A DNA stretch of 64,000 bases from Eledone cirrhosa (taxonomy: Eukaryota): positions 148,552,001-148,616,000 of the forward strand of contig OZ024741.1 in the NCBI GenBank assembly GCA_964016885.1. Reading direction: 5' to 3'. Shown piece after piece: positions 27,670 through 41,039 of this stretch; positions within the stretch are counted from its first letter, which is position 1; the number at the start of each line of letters is the position of its first letter. A program made the translations under genes and the position numbers. The notes beneath the pieces were generated by a model. That model did no database searches, had not been told where the DNA came from, and saw only the letters and a program-made list of their open reading frames with translations.

Positions 27670-28150
27670 AAGTTTTAAAATAAATTTTAAAAAGTTCACT
27701 GTACCTGCTGTAATTACCCTTACCGTACAGTTTCAAGTCTCAAAATAAATGGATAATCCATGCGGAAATCCATTGAAAAGGAAGACTCTCGTCAGAGGGT
27801 TCTTTTCGCTCGGAGAATATAAAATTCCCGAGTTCAAATCACGACCTGGCGCCATTCAAAATTGCTCCCGAGATGAGAGTGTATAAGGAAGAAGAAATTC
27901 TGTCTAGTGCCGTGTGTAAAGATAGAAGGCAGCGGCGGAAAGGTCAATCTACTGCCACTAGAAATAGCAGCAGTTAAAACGACCAAAATGTTATCTCGAC
28001 CAGGGGAGTTCTCCGAGCGAAAAGAACCCTCTGACGAGAGTCTTCCTTTTCAATGGATTTCCGCATGGATTATCCATTTATTTTGAGACTTGAAACTGTA
28101 CGGTAAAGATAATTACAACAGTGAACTTTTTAAAATTTATTTTAAAACTT
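27670..28150. mobile_element. Fold-back pLTR element, arms ~27670-27817 and ~28009-28150
   Basis: Near-perfect inverted arms, each with a hammerhead; flanked by (TA)n. Confidence 0.88.
27716..27800 (-). ncRNA. Type I hammerhead ribozyme, intact
   Basis: ACCCT-CTGACGA-GAGTCTT...GAGACTT-GAAA-CTGTACGG-TA-AGGGT; the plus copy at 28026-28110 has a damaged stem I. Confidence 0.85.
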
Positions 28151-28219
28151 GTTAAAACTTGTTCTGGCTCGTTAATTTATTAACCTGCCATAGAACCACA
28201 TTGGCATACGGTTGGATAA

Positions 28220-28290
<71 letters not shown>

Positions 28291-28529
28291 CCATGAAATA
28301 TGGCACGTCTACATTCCCAAAAAATGTTTACTGTAATACCTTTTCTTTCTTTTTTCCCTTACACTAACTGTTTCTTATCGATCCTGATGGTGGCAGGGAT
28401 TTTATTTTGTTCTTTGAAATGCCGATGGCTTACAGTTAAAATTTATGGCAATAATATAAAGAGATTCGTTATAAAAGATAATTTGTTTTTGTTTTTATAT
28501 TTCTCTCTTGATCGATAAATAATGGTTTC

Positions 28530-28675
28530 TTATTTAGGCACAAGGCCAGCAATTTTTTTTTTTTTTGGGGGGGGGGGGGGGGCGATTAAATCGACCCAGT
28601 TCGTGACTGGTACTCTATTTTATCGACCCCGTAAGGATGAAAGGCAAAGCTAGCCTCGGCGGGATTTGAACTCGA
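28530..28675 (-). mobile_element. tRNA-derived SINE (MetaSINE-like core)
   Basis: GACTGGTACTCTATTTTATCGACCCCGTAAGGATGAAAGGCAAAG...TTTGAACTC (B-box on the minus strand). Confidence 0.7.
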
Positions 28676-28905
28676 TAAATAATGTCTTTTTTAGTTCTGT
28701 ACAATTTTTTAAGTTGCAAGCTGAAGATATTGGGAACTGGAGCAGTTACACGGACGACCACATGATAAGCGAGGCACGTCACGTTTTGGGGAGATTTTCA
28801 AATACAACCTTTCATTGGTTTCTTCGTGCTGTTACTTACGTGAACACACACGCTCTCGTGCATCTATACATACATCTATACATACATCTATACATACATA
28901 CATAT

Positions 28906-29475
28906 ATGATGGCTGCCCCCTCGTTATCGAGTATGGCCATTGCACGATATACCATTATTAATAAATTCTATCATGCAATGCCTGTGCGTGAAGATTTTTA
29001 TTAAAGTGAGGCAAGACTGTGCACTGAGCCAATCCCACTCTCTGAGCGACAGTAGCTATAACCTGAAAAGAAGAAAAGATCAACATCATCGGTAACTACT
29101 GGGCCGGAGGTTTTATATCGGAGTTATCCCAGTTTCCTGAGTTGCCTTCTCCTAGAAGAATGCCCTGACAAAGGCTAGGGGTCCTTCACTCCCAGTGGTT
29201 TAACCGTGTGATCGGGTATCCAGCCCGACTATTTCTATGTCCCCGCGCATATATGTATACATGTATATACATATATACATATATACATATATACATATAT
29301 ACATATATACATACATATGTACAAGTGTATATACATATTTACACACTTTTGGATGGCCGTTGACTCTTATGAGTTCTTCCGCCCTTTGTCAGGTTTTGTT
29401 TTTTGTCCTGCAGGGTGTCCAAAATCACCCTCCTCACCAAGTAAACTTGGTGGGGTTGCCGGTTGCCGGTTTAGT
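28906..29475 (-). mobile_element. Non-autonomous RTE-derived element, copy C (5' truncated)
   Basis: Colinear with copies B and D but lacks the first ~70 nt of the head. Confidence 0.85.
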
Positions 29476-29525
<50 letters not shown>

Positions 29526-29569
29526 CATATATATATTTTACATATATATATATATACATATATATAGAC

Positions 29570-29617
<48 letters not shown>

Positions 29618-30049
29618 GTATATATATAGATACATATATATATAGATACATATATACATATATAGATACATATATAGATACATATATACATATATATATA
29701 GATACATATATACATATATAGATACATATATAGATACATATATACATATATAGATACATATATAGATACATATATACATATATATATACACATATACGTA
29801 TATACACATATATATCATCATCATCATCGTTTAACGTCCATCTTCCATGCTAGCCTGGTTTAGATACATATATATATAAATACACATATATATATATACA
29901 AATATATATATACACAATCTCAGTGAACAGGGTGAATGCAAGAATCATCAAACTCAGACATACAGGTCGGTGTCCACCAGGGCTCTGTTCTTAACCTTCT
30001 CCTGTTCATTATAGTTTTGCAGGCAATAACGAAGGAGCTTAAGACCGGA

Positions 30050-30300
30050 TGCCCATGGTCTCGCACTTATAGCTGAATCCATAGTGGAACTAGAGAAGAA
30101 ATTCCAAACATGGAAGCAGGAACTAGAAAGTAAGGGTCTCAAAGACAACCTGACAAAGACTACGGTTCTTGTAAGTAGACGAGAAAACATAACCCAGATT
30201 CCCTCAAGGAAATAGCCTTCCTCAGTATGTAGGAAAAGTGTAGGTAGGAACTCCATCCTCTGCTCCATACATGTAGGTAAGTGTAGGTAGGAACTACATT
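30050..30300 (+). mobile_element. RTE LINE RT fragment
   Basis: LALIAESIVELEKKFQTWKQELESKGLKDNLTKT...VGRNSILC. Confidence 0.7.
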
Positions 30301-30364
30301 CTCTGTTCCATATATGGAACATACATACATACATACATACATACATACATACATACATACATAC

Positions 30365-30949
30365 ATGATGCCCCCTCGTTATCGAGTATGGCCATTGCAC
30401 GATATACCATTATTAATAATTATTAATTAATTCTATCGTGCAATGCCTGAACGTGAAGATATTTTTTAAAGTGAGGAAAAACTGTGCACTGAGCCAATCC
30501 CACTCTCTGAGCGACAGTAGCTATAACCCGAAAAGAAGAAAATATCAACATCATCGGTAACTACTGGGCCGCAGGTTTTATATCGGAGTTATCCCAGTTT
30601 CCTGAGTTGCCTTCTCCTAGAAGAATGCCCTGAAAAAGGCTAGGAGTCCTTCACTCCCAGTGGTTTAACCGCGCGATCGGGTGTCCAGCCCAACTATGCC
30701 TATGTCCCCGCGTATATACATACATATGTACATGTGTATATACATATTTACACACTTTCGGATGGCCGTTGACTCTTATGAGTTCTTCCGCCCTTTGTCA
30801 GGTTTTGTTTTTTGTCCTGCAGGGTGTCCAAAATTACCCTCCTCACCAAGTAAACTTGATGGGGTTGCCGGTTTAGTCGCCGACGACCCGACCATACGAC
30901 AGGTTGTACTGGGTTACATGTTACCAGTAGCACTCAAGAATGACCGGAC
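30365..30949 (-). mobile_element. Non-autonomous RTE-derived element, copy D
   Basis: Full head-to-tail copy sitting in the (ATGT)n tail of the adjacent RTE LINE. Confidence 0.88.
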
Positions 30950-31029
30950 ACCATACATACATACATACATACATACATACATACATACATACATACATAC
31001 ATACATACATACATACATGTATGCATGCA

Positions 31030-32800
31030 TGATGGCTGTCCCCTCGTTATCAAGTATGGCCATTGCACGGAAAAAAACACCCATATATATTAATAATTAA
31101 CGGTGCTGCGATCGAATATGGCTTTTTAGCCCAGCTAATGATCTAAAATGTCTTGCACAGAGTTGGTCACCAAAACATTCACTGGCAATAGCCGGTTGTG
31201 GTTGGATTTCATGTACTTTTGCATGTCGTTTGAGCCCTTCTGCTGATCTACACTCTCTTCCACATGCTTGACAGATATGATGAGCAGCATCTCCGACAGC
31301 AGCCTGGTAGTCAACCATTGGTCTCACTTTATGACTGTGAAAATGACTCTCGAGTCCAGCTTTGCTGAGGCAGAGTCTTGCACAGACACTGCATGTCAGC
31401 TCCACAGGAGGACCTTCGCTGTCGGGAAATGTAACAGCAATGCCTTTCCTGACATCCCTTTTTACTTTCTTGTATGCGATTCGAGATGCTTCAAAAGCAG
31501 CTTTCCCCTCATGTACAGTCTTTCTCCATTTATTACGATCACCAGCTACGCTTTCCGATGTATCAACAGAGATGTTAGCGTCTTTCAATGAGGCTTTCAA
31601 CGAATCCTTATACCTCTTTTTTGGTTTATGTGGAGGTCGTTTTCCTTTAACTAACTGTCCATAAAAGAGTTGTTTTGGTATTCTAGAATCCTTCATCCTG
31701 GCAAGGTGACTACTCCATCGTAGTCTTTGCTTAAGCACAATAGCTTCTATGCTTTCACGCAGAGAGCTTTCCAAAATCTCGACATGGCTGATGTGGTCCC
31801 TCCAGTGAACGCCATGGATCCGCCTGAGACACATCTGATGGAAACGTTCCAACTGTTTAAGGTGATGTCGATTATATGACCCAGGTCTCGCAGGCATAAA
31901 GAAGAGAAGAGAGCAGACATGCCTTATACACCTTTACCTTTGTCTTCTTGCATATGTCTCGCCGACCCCAGAGGCGCCTTTCTAGCTTTCCGAAAGCATC
32001 GCTTGCTTTCCTAATCCTGAGTGGAATTTCATTATCAAGATTGCTGTATCGATTGACATTGCTTCCCAGGTAAACAAACTGATCAACCACTCCAAGTCGT
32101 TTACCATACACATAGATATTTTGTTCACTGTACTGCTTACAAGGGGCAGGTTGGTACATGACGGTTTTCTTGAGACTGTCAGTCAATCCTAGGGCAGTGC
32201 AAGCATCAGAAAATGCATTCAATATGTGCTGCATATTAATCTCTGTGTGCGCTACAAGATCGCCATCATCTGCATACAAGAGGTCTCTTATGATAAAGGC
32301 AAATACTTTTGTTTTTACAGCAAAGCGCCTGATGTTAAATATGCTGCCAGAGGTTCGATAGTAGATATAAACACCATGCTTGCAATTCCTGAATGCAATA
32401 TAGAAAACCATCGCAAAGTATATAGCAAATGGGGTAGGTGCTGGAATATCCCCCTGTTTCACTCCATTTTTCACTGAAATAGGCTCTGACATGTTACCTC
32501 TGACATTAACCCAAGCCTTCATGTCATCATAGAAAGACCTAACCAAAGCAAGGAACTTATCAGGGCAACCAAGTTTCTGGAGAACCTTCCACGATGAATT
32601 TCTGTTAACAGTATCGAAAGCTTTTGTCAGATCGACAAAAAACCTGATACAGATCCAAACCCTGTTCCACGCACTTCTCCTGGAGCTGTCTAACTGAGAA
32701 GATCATATCAGTAGTGCCGCATCCAGCACGAAAACCAGATTGATTTTCAGGAAGAAAACAATCTGCAATGTCTGTCAGCAGACGGTCCAAAAGCACCCTA
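31030..32800 (-). mobile_element. RTE (BovB-like) LINE, 5' truncated, with three C-terminal C2H2 fingers and (ATGT)n tail
   Basis: LPENQSGFRAG, KAFDTV, GVKQGD, LLYADD, FVYLGS, LLYACETW, RLRWSSHLARM; stop at 31097-31099; short 3' UTR then (ATGT)n. Confidence 0.92.
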
Positions 32801-32970
32801 GATCAACTGTCACCACCACCACCACCACTCGGTCAACGATCAAACCTTATGAAAACAACAGCGAAACGATAAATCTAAACATCAACACACTAACAGCTTC
32901 AATTGTACTCACTCTTTCAAAAGACAACAGATGCCACATACATATACACACACACACACACACACCCACA

Positions 32971-33011
<41 letters not shown>

Positions 33012-33092
33012 ACACACACACAACATACATACATACATACATACATACATACATACATACATACATACATACATACATACATACATACATAC

Positions 33093-33703
33093 ATGGTGGC
33101 TGCCAACTCGTTTTCGAGTACGGCCACTACTTTATATCCATGTAGGAGAACCCCTACCGATGCGCTGAACGAGTGTGACTTTTTAGTCCAGCTAGTGACT
33201 TGAAAACTCTGGTACAAACACTACACTTGTGACAATTATTGACACATAGTGCTGGGCCCATGGTACCATGTGACGACAAGTGCAGAGAGATCTCCAGATA
33301 TAAAGCAATGCCTGTGCCGTGAAGCTTTTATAGTGAGCAAAGGCACTGCACAAAGCCAGTCCCACTCTCTTAACCAAGATGATATTTACCAAAAAGAAGA
33401 ACAAGTCAACATCATTGAATACCATCAGGGTTACAGGTGTTATATCAGAGTTTTCCTTCTCCTGGAATTCTGCCTTGACAAAGGCTAAGGGGTCATCTCT
33501 CCTGGTGATTTTGGATGGCCATTGACTCTTAAGAGCTCCTTTGCCCTTTGACAGGTTTTGTTTTTAGTCCTGCAGGATGTCCAAACTCACCCTCCTCACC
33601 AAGAAACCTTGGTGGGATTGCCAGTTTAGTCGCCAACGACCCGACCATGAGACAGGTTGTACTGGGATACATGTTACCAGTAGCACCAAGTGGTGACCTG
33701 ACC
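33093..33703 (-). mobile_element. Non-autonomous RTE-derived element, copy E
   Basis: Reverse complement of 586-1197; (TACA)n on both sides. Confidence 0.88.
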
Positions 33704-34168
33704 ATACATACATACATACATACATACATACATACATACATACATACATACATACATACATACATACATACATGCATGCATGCATGTATATATGGACCCT
33801 TAATGCCTGATGAAATCGCAAGTGCGCTGTCTTAACATACGGCGTGCTTGGGGATTTTAAACCTGACAGAGCCTATCCCTTCTTCAGATCTAACCAAAGA
33901 CGGACCGGTAATGTACTAATACTTTTTTACTGACCTCGACAGAATGAAAGCAAAGTTGACATCGGTTGGATTTGAACTCAAAGAGCAGATAGCCGAAACC
34001 AATACCACAAAGTATTCTATCTGGAGTCTGCCAATTCGCTGCCTTCATACAGACGTACAATTACACACACACATTCACACGCACACATATACGCGCAAGC
34101 ACGCGCACGCACACACACACATTCACACGCACACATATACGCGCAAGCACGCGCACGCACACACACAC

Positions 34169-34242
<74 letters not shown>

Positions 34243-34479
34243 AACTCAAACGTTTTAGACCTTCCCTAATAAAATACCTATCGTGTAATGAGACACCTCA
34301 TCCAAAAATGTACGCACTGTTACAAGCAGTAACATGAACCTATGGTCTGCGTATCTTCTGTCCTCTATCCCATTGAATACAAGTGTGGCAATGTTCTTAT
34401 ATATATATTATATATGTGTGTGTGTGTGTGTCTGTGTTGTGTGTGAATGTATATACACACACACACACACAACCCCCCC

Positions 34480-34539
<60 letters not shown>

Positions 34540-35099
34540 GATGTACTACACTCATCCACTATACATTTGCGTCAAAGAACATCTCTGTGACAGCTTCGGC
34601 AGGAGGTGGGGGCTCGTAATATAAAAATAATAGCAAAAACAACAACAAGAAACAACAACAACACAGAACAATAACAATAAAAAAATAAACAATTGTACAG
34701 CAGGAAAATGAGAGTCACGATCAAGGATGTTTGCCAGAAATGATAGCAACCTGAGAAATTAAGAGGCGTTCTTCATTAAATGCGTCAAACCGGAGTTTAA
34801 CAACGTTTAGATGCTTATTGGTAAATAATATAAACGTAGAATTTAAAATAAAGTGTATTCCTACTATATAATAACAACGTTCTTTTGTCTTGCTTACTTA
34901 ATCACATTGTTTTCCTATGATCAAGGCATTTGTTGACAGAAATACCGAACAGTTTGTTCATTTATTTCCCATTTTTTTTTTATCGATTAAATTCCTTGTA
35001 ATGTATATAATAACAAATCTTACTCGCCATATGACGGGTACTAGAATCGTAGTAGTTATAACACTCGTAGTAGTTATAAGTAAGGGATCTAGTAGCTAC

Positions 35100-36120
35100 G
35101 GCAGTCGTTAAGTAAGATTTAGAAGCTATGATAGTCGTTAAGTAAGATTTAGTAGTTATGATAGTTGTAGTAGCTCTAACGGTCGTTAAGTAAGAGTTAT
35201 ATTAGCTATGAAATTCGTCAAGAGATGTAGTTGTTAGCAGGTATGGAGAAGGACTTCTTATTACGAAGTTGGCGGATAGTCAGCCAGAACATTTTATTTG
35301 CGAATCTGAAGTCGGATTCCAGCTTAACACCAAAGTCCTCTCTTTACTGCGATTTTTCATGACTGCTTGTACACCAAGCCTTTTTCGCCCGCAGCATTTA
35401 ATAGCTGAAGCAGGAATTGCTGAGCTGAACAATCTCCACTCAGTTTGCTGACGTCCTCAGTTTGCTCAGGGAATTCTCTGAATTTGGATGCAACAGTATC
35501 TGCATATCTGGTTCTGACTTCCTTATCCACCAACGCTTCCTACTCTATCTTGTAGGTCATCCTTGACCTGCCAGTTTTGTGGGATTCTTTGACTTTAGGT
35601 AGTCTCAAGTTGCAGATAACTAGATGGTGATCAGTTGACAGCTCAGCCCCTCTCTTAACACGAACATCCAGCACAGAATTGAAGAGATCAGAGACAATAG
35701 CACAATCAATTATTGATCTCTGTTCCTGATTTCCCTTATACCATATATATTTATGGATGTCTCTGTGCTGGAAGAAAGTGTTCTTCATAATAGAGAGTCC
35801 ATTGCTAGAACAAAAGTTTAATAAGGCCTCGCCATTCGTAATAGGAAGTCCTCCTCCATACCTGCTATCGAGAACGCATCTGGGGTTCTTTTCTCTTCAG
35901 AGAGGTGCATCCTTGCGAGGTAGATAGAATATTTTGCTGACCTCCTAAATTCGATGTAGTCGTTATGACAGTCAATAAGTAAGATATGTAGTAGCTATAA
36001 AAGTCGTTAAGTAAGATGTAGTAGTTATGACAGTCCTTAAGTAAGAGCTGTAACTATAACAGTCGTTATGTAAGATAAGTAGTAGTTATGACAGTCGCTA
36101 AGTAAGATGTAGTAGCCATG
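35100..36120. repeat. ~30-bp minisatellite (GTCGTTAAGTAAGATGTAGTAGTTATGACA) split by an insertion
   Basis: Units at 35100-35240 and 35955-36120. Confidence 0.8.
35430..35840 (-). mobile_element. RTE/Expander APE-region fragment
   Basis: NTFFQHRDIHKYIW...DVRVKRGAELSTDHHLV; similar to 38780-39190. Confidence 0.85.
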
Positions 36121-36434
36121 ACTGGGGGCCCTCCGCTGGGACAATATTTCCTAACTGTATACCCACTCTTCTCGGTCTTCGATCTGCAAACACACACAAA
36201 GACATTAGAGTGAGTGAGTGTTTAATATACCATTGTACTTAAAACAATTAAACATTAATTGGATGAGCACTCAATAAGTGTAAGCAGAGTGTAAAATTTG
36301 TTGCTTCATGTATAAAGTGTTAAAGTATCGATTATTTTTTTAACTGTCTACCTCACTATGATAATGTGGATTGGCAGTATCGGGAGAGGGTCGGACGCCA
36401 TACTTTTCAGCATAGAGTTACGACCCGTTACGGT

Positions 36435-36560
36435 CTGAGGTCAAATCCCGCCGAGGTTAACTTTGTCTTTCATCCTTACGGGGTCGATAAAATAAAGTAC
36501 CAGTAACGCACTGAGATAATTGCTGGCCTTGTGCCAAAAGAAGAAACAATTATTATTATC
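36435..36560 (+). mobile_element. tRNA-derived SINE (MetaSINE-like core)
   Basis: TCAAATCCCGCCGAGGTTAACTTTGTCTTTCATCCTTACGGGGTCGATAAAATAAAGTACCAGT. Confidence 0.7.
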
Positions 36561-36863
36561 TTTAAAGGAAAGTTTGAGGACGGGTGGTTATAGGCTTGGT
36601 AGCGCTCGCTGTTCAACTGTCCAACTGTCCTTGGTATGCTGTAGCTATTACTGTGTCGTGCCTACACTACTAAGTTGGTTCGTTATATGGAATATAATGC
36701 ATTCAAAGGTATTACTATTTATACCAACGAGGAAAAGTATGGGGGATAAATACAAATGTATCTCAATGTATCATACACACATACGTAGATACATACACAC
36801 ATAAGTAGACAGATACATACACACACACACACACACACACGTAGATAGATACATGCACACGTA

Positions 36864-36940
<77 letters not shown>

Positions 36941-36949
36941 GTATATATG

Positions 36950-37049
<100 letters not shown>

Positions 37050-37068
37050 TATATAAATACATATATAA

Positions 37069-37128
<60 letters not shown>

Positions 37129-37190
37129 GTAGAACACTGGAAGGTAATATCCGTAGTGGTAGAGCACTCAGTCCATGGGACGAGTTAGGT

Positions 37191-37331
37191 AGAAGTGGTT
37201 ACACAACAGTTAGTTCACCATACCGAGAACAATTGTTTCACTTGGCGGATCCTCAGCTCGCCATTACGAGCTGAGGATCCGCTAAGGTGAAACAATTGTT
37301 CTCGGTATGGTGAACTAACTGTTCTGTAACC

Positions 37332-37336
<5 letters not shown>
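37191..37336. repeat. 70-bp-arm palindrome made of two back-to-back hammerhead motifs
   Basis: 6-nt loop at 37261-37266; CGAG-CTGAGGA-T..-GAAA-CAATTG-TT-CTCG at 37267-37304 (+) and 37224-37260 (-); weak stem II. Confidence 0.85.
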
Positions 37337-37414
<78 letters not shown>

Positions 37415-37483
37415 TATATCTATTTATATATATCTATATATATAAATAAATATATATATATTTATATATATCTATTCCGTTTA

Positions 37484-37602
<119 letters not shown>

Positions 37603-38119
37603 TATGTGTGTGTATACATGTGTGTGTGTGTACACCATACATGAATAGGTAGACTGTAGAGAATTAATCAGGTGTGCAAGACTTACAGTTTTATTTTCTA
37701 CATTGACAGCTGGTAACATGCTGCCACAGGTTCTATTAATGAAAAGCTATGACATTGGCAAACGTCACATGGCCAAGGGAATCAGTGAAGTATTATCTTT
37801 CTTCTGGCCTTCCATGCAATGCAGTTTAGCGCTTTCAATTTCTTTCGAAGCTAAGAAAAATTTACGTAGGTTTTTTTATATTTTTATTGTTTAGATTTTT
37901 TCATTGTTTTCGTTCTTTAACTTTTATTATTCTGAATACGTTTGAGTTGCTTCATAATATCTGTATCATTATGGCGACAATTCACCCCCCCCCCCCACAC
38001 ACATATATATATAATTTTAGGGATTCTTTGTTCAACGGCAATAACATCTCATCGGTCTCGTTCTTCGTGTTGTAAAATACTCCAGGGCAGTATTTAATTA
38101 TCTTGTTAGACACTGATTC

Positions 38120-39660
38120 GTATAGAGACATCAGAGTAACAAGAAGCTGACCACCGATTTCATACTCATGAAGAACCTTCCACAACAGGTCCCGAGGAAC
38201 GCGGTCATATGCCTTTTCGAGGTCTACAAAATAAGAATATACCTCTTTGCAATACTCCCACGATTTCTCAAAGACCTGCTGCAGTGTGAATATTTGGCTT
38301 TGTTGCGTCAGGGGCGAAACCCCACTGTTCATCAGTTAGCTCGGACTCAACAATCTCCGTACATCTCTTTTGGCAAAGAGATAGTATAGACTTTACCGGG
38401 AAGGCTTAACAAGAAGATCCCTCTATAATTGAAAAACAATATCTCTTCTCTCCCTTTTTAAAAATTGGGATTATCATTCCCGATTGCCATTGCTTAGGTG
38501 CCTTTCCAGAGATCCCGGCAGCCCTTCACACACGAGTCAGCCAGAGAATACCTTCACTATTTAAGGCTTTTAACATCACTTTCCAGATTTCATCTTCCCC
38601 AGCGGCCTTGCCACATTTGAGCTCTTTAACTGCTCTTGTGTCCTCAGCCTCTGAGAGATTAGCCACCGCTCCCAGATGCATCTCGCGGTCATCAGAAGAT
38701 GATGTGATTCTTCGTGCCTGCGTGTACCGCCACACCAAGCCTCTTTCACTCGTAGCATTTAATCGCCGAAGTAGAAACTGCTGAGCTGAACAATCTCCAC
38801 TCTGTCTCAACGTCCTCAGTCTGCTCAGGGAATTCTCTGAATTTGGATGCAATAATATCGGCATATCTGGTCCTGACTTCCTTATCCACCAACGCTTCCC
38901 ACTTCATCCCGTGGGTCACCCTGTATCTGCCAGTGTTGTGGACTTTTGGGGCTTTAGATAGTTTCAAGCTGCAGATAACTAGATAGTGATCAGTTGACAG
39001 CTCAACGCCTCTCTTAACACAAACATCCAGCACAGAATTGAAGAGATCAGAGACAATAACAAAATCAATTAGTGATCTCTGTCGCTAATTTCTCTTATAC
39101 CATATATATTTATGAATGTTTCTGTGCTGGAAGAAGGTGCTCATAATAGAGTCCATTGCTAAAATAGAAGTCTAATAAAGCGTTTCCATTAGTATTTAGA
39201 TCAGGGTCGCCATTCCTTCCAATCATTCCTTTTCACGTCAGGTGGTCTGTGCCAACATGTGCATTGAAGTCTCCCATCAGGATATATGATTCAGTCTTAA
39301 CTATATCTAACATTGCAGTGACTTCATTAAGGAAGGATCTATATTCAGACCCCTTGTTTGGTGCACCACAGAGGCAAATCCTAATGGGATCCAGTCCATA
39401 ACTCATTCTGACAGCTTGAGTATCCCCACTTCCACCTGTCATTTCTGGCGCCACACCTGAATAGTGGAGTTTCCCACCTCCATCCAAATCTTCAGTACCA
39501 GAGCCACAGAACTTTGTTAAGGAAACCCCGACTATATATAGCCAGTAGCATCTATCTTCTCCCACTAATTCCTGCTCCTTACTTGTAAGGGTTGTGACAT
39601 TCCCGGTTCCAATTGTCAAGGTTTGCTCCCTTCTGAACCCTCTTTGGAGTGACGGGATAT
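38120..39660 (-). mobile_element. Degenerate RTE/Expander LINE (APE to RT)
   Basis: IGTGNVTTL, ILMGDFNAHVG, STDHYLV, GKAAGEDEI, FVDLEKAYDRVPR. Confidence 0.88.
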
Positions 39661-39783
39661 GCAATTATTGTCTATCCCACGCCTCCCAGGACAGGTCACA
39701 GGCCCATCGCCAGTTTTGAATATTTTAGAATAATTCTTTTTTTAATTCATGTATTTCAGGGAGTGATTGTGTGTGTGTGTGAG

Positions 39784-39926
<143 letters not shown>

Positions 39927-41039
39927 CTGTGTCTGCACGTATGTATGTGTATTTGTTTCATTATCTATGTAGGTATGGGTGTGAATTACAGTAGTAGTGT
40001 AGTGGTATTGAAAAGTTTAGTCGAGTTGAAGAATTGTTAAGGGAAACCAGAATGTATGTTCTTTTGTAGTCGTCTCGATTTATTGGAGTGTGTGCGTGGT
40101 AGTCCGCATTGTTGTAGTAGGAGAGGTCTGATAATTTAGCCAGCTCACTCATCGATGCCGAACCTGCACTAACGCCACCAAAAAATCGCGCGCGCACTCA
40201 GAACTACACATATACAGTCATGCACATGCAAATATTATATATCTGTCAACAGATTTTTAGTTTTCTCAAATGATCACAGACTGGCTTGTCGGTATTATGA
40301 CTGTTATTGATATTGTTTCGAGTGTGTGTGTTTATTACCATTATGTTTGTTATATTTGTTGCGGGGTATGGAGGTGAATGTTGTGCTATAACTTATTTGT
40401 GCTTTGTTTTACGGGCGTATGTGTATATTTTTATATTTTAGAAAGGGTCTACTGCTAGGGTGTTGATATGCGTGAGTATCGAAATGGTGTGGATGCGTAC
40501 AGAGGCGTATCTAGAGTATGGGTGCCAATTGAAAGGAGGCGTTACCTGGACTAGGAGCACTTTCTAGTAAAGCCAGATAAGCCATTGTCAGAGAGTGAAA
40601 AAAGAATCTTCTTCAGATTATTATCTGTCTTTGATTATCATGGGTGAGAATCACTATGGTGGCTGGATCATTAAACCATTTATATAAATTATTAGGCCCA
40701 TAGGTAAAAAGACAGTACCGGGAACTACATGATCACGGCATATCTCAAAGTATGACTTGTCAAACGGTTTAATAGGTTTTTAAATACATTAACACTTTTG
40801 CCAATACTTTACGTATACTTAAGTGTAAAGGATACCTGTAGAACAAATGAAAATGCAGTTTAATACCCTAAACTCTCATTTATATAAACTGCGCTGTCAA
40901 TCCCATTGTCTAACAACTACTATATAACTTGCTGCATGGGCAGGGGTGCATATGTCGGTGTGTGTGTGTGCATAATAAATGTTGGCAAATAGTCTTACCT
41001 TCCTGGATTGTGTGGGAGTCTGAGGGTGAGGTTGGTTTT

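Noticed and set aside
35100-36120. 30-bp repeats superficially like a CRISPR array
   Set aside because: Directly tandem without unique spacers, eukaryotic context and no cas genes; a minisatellite
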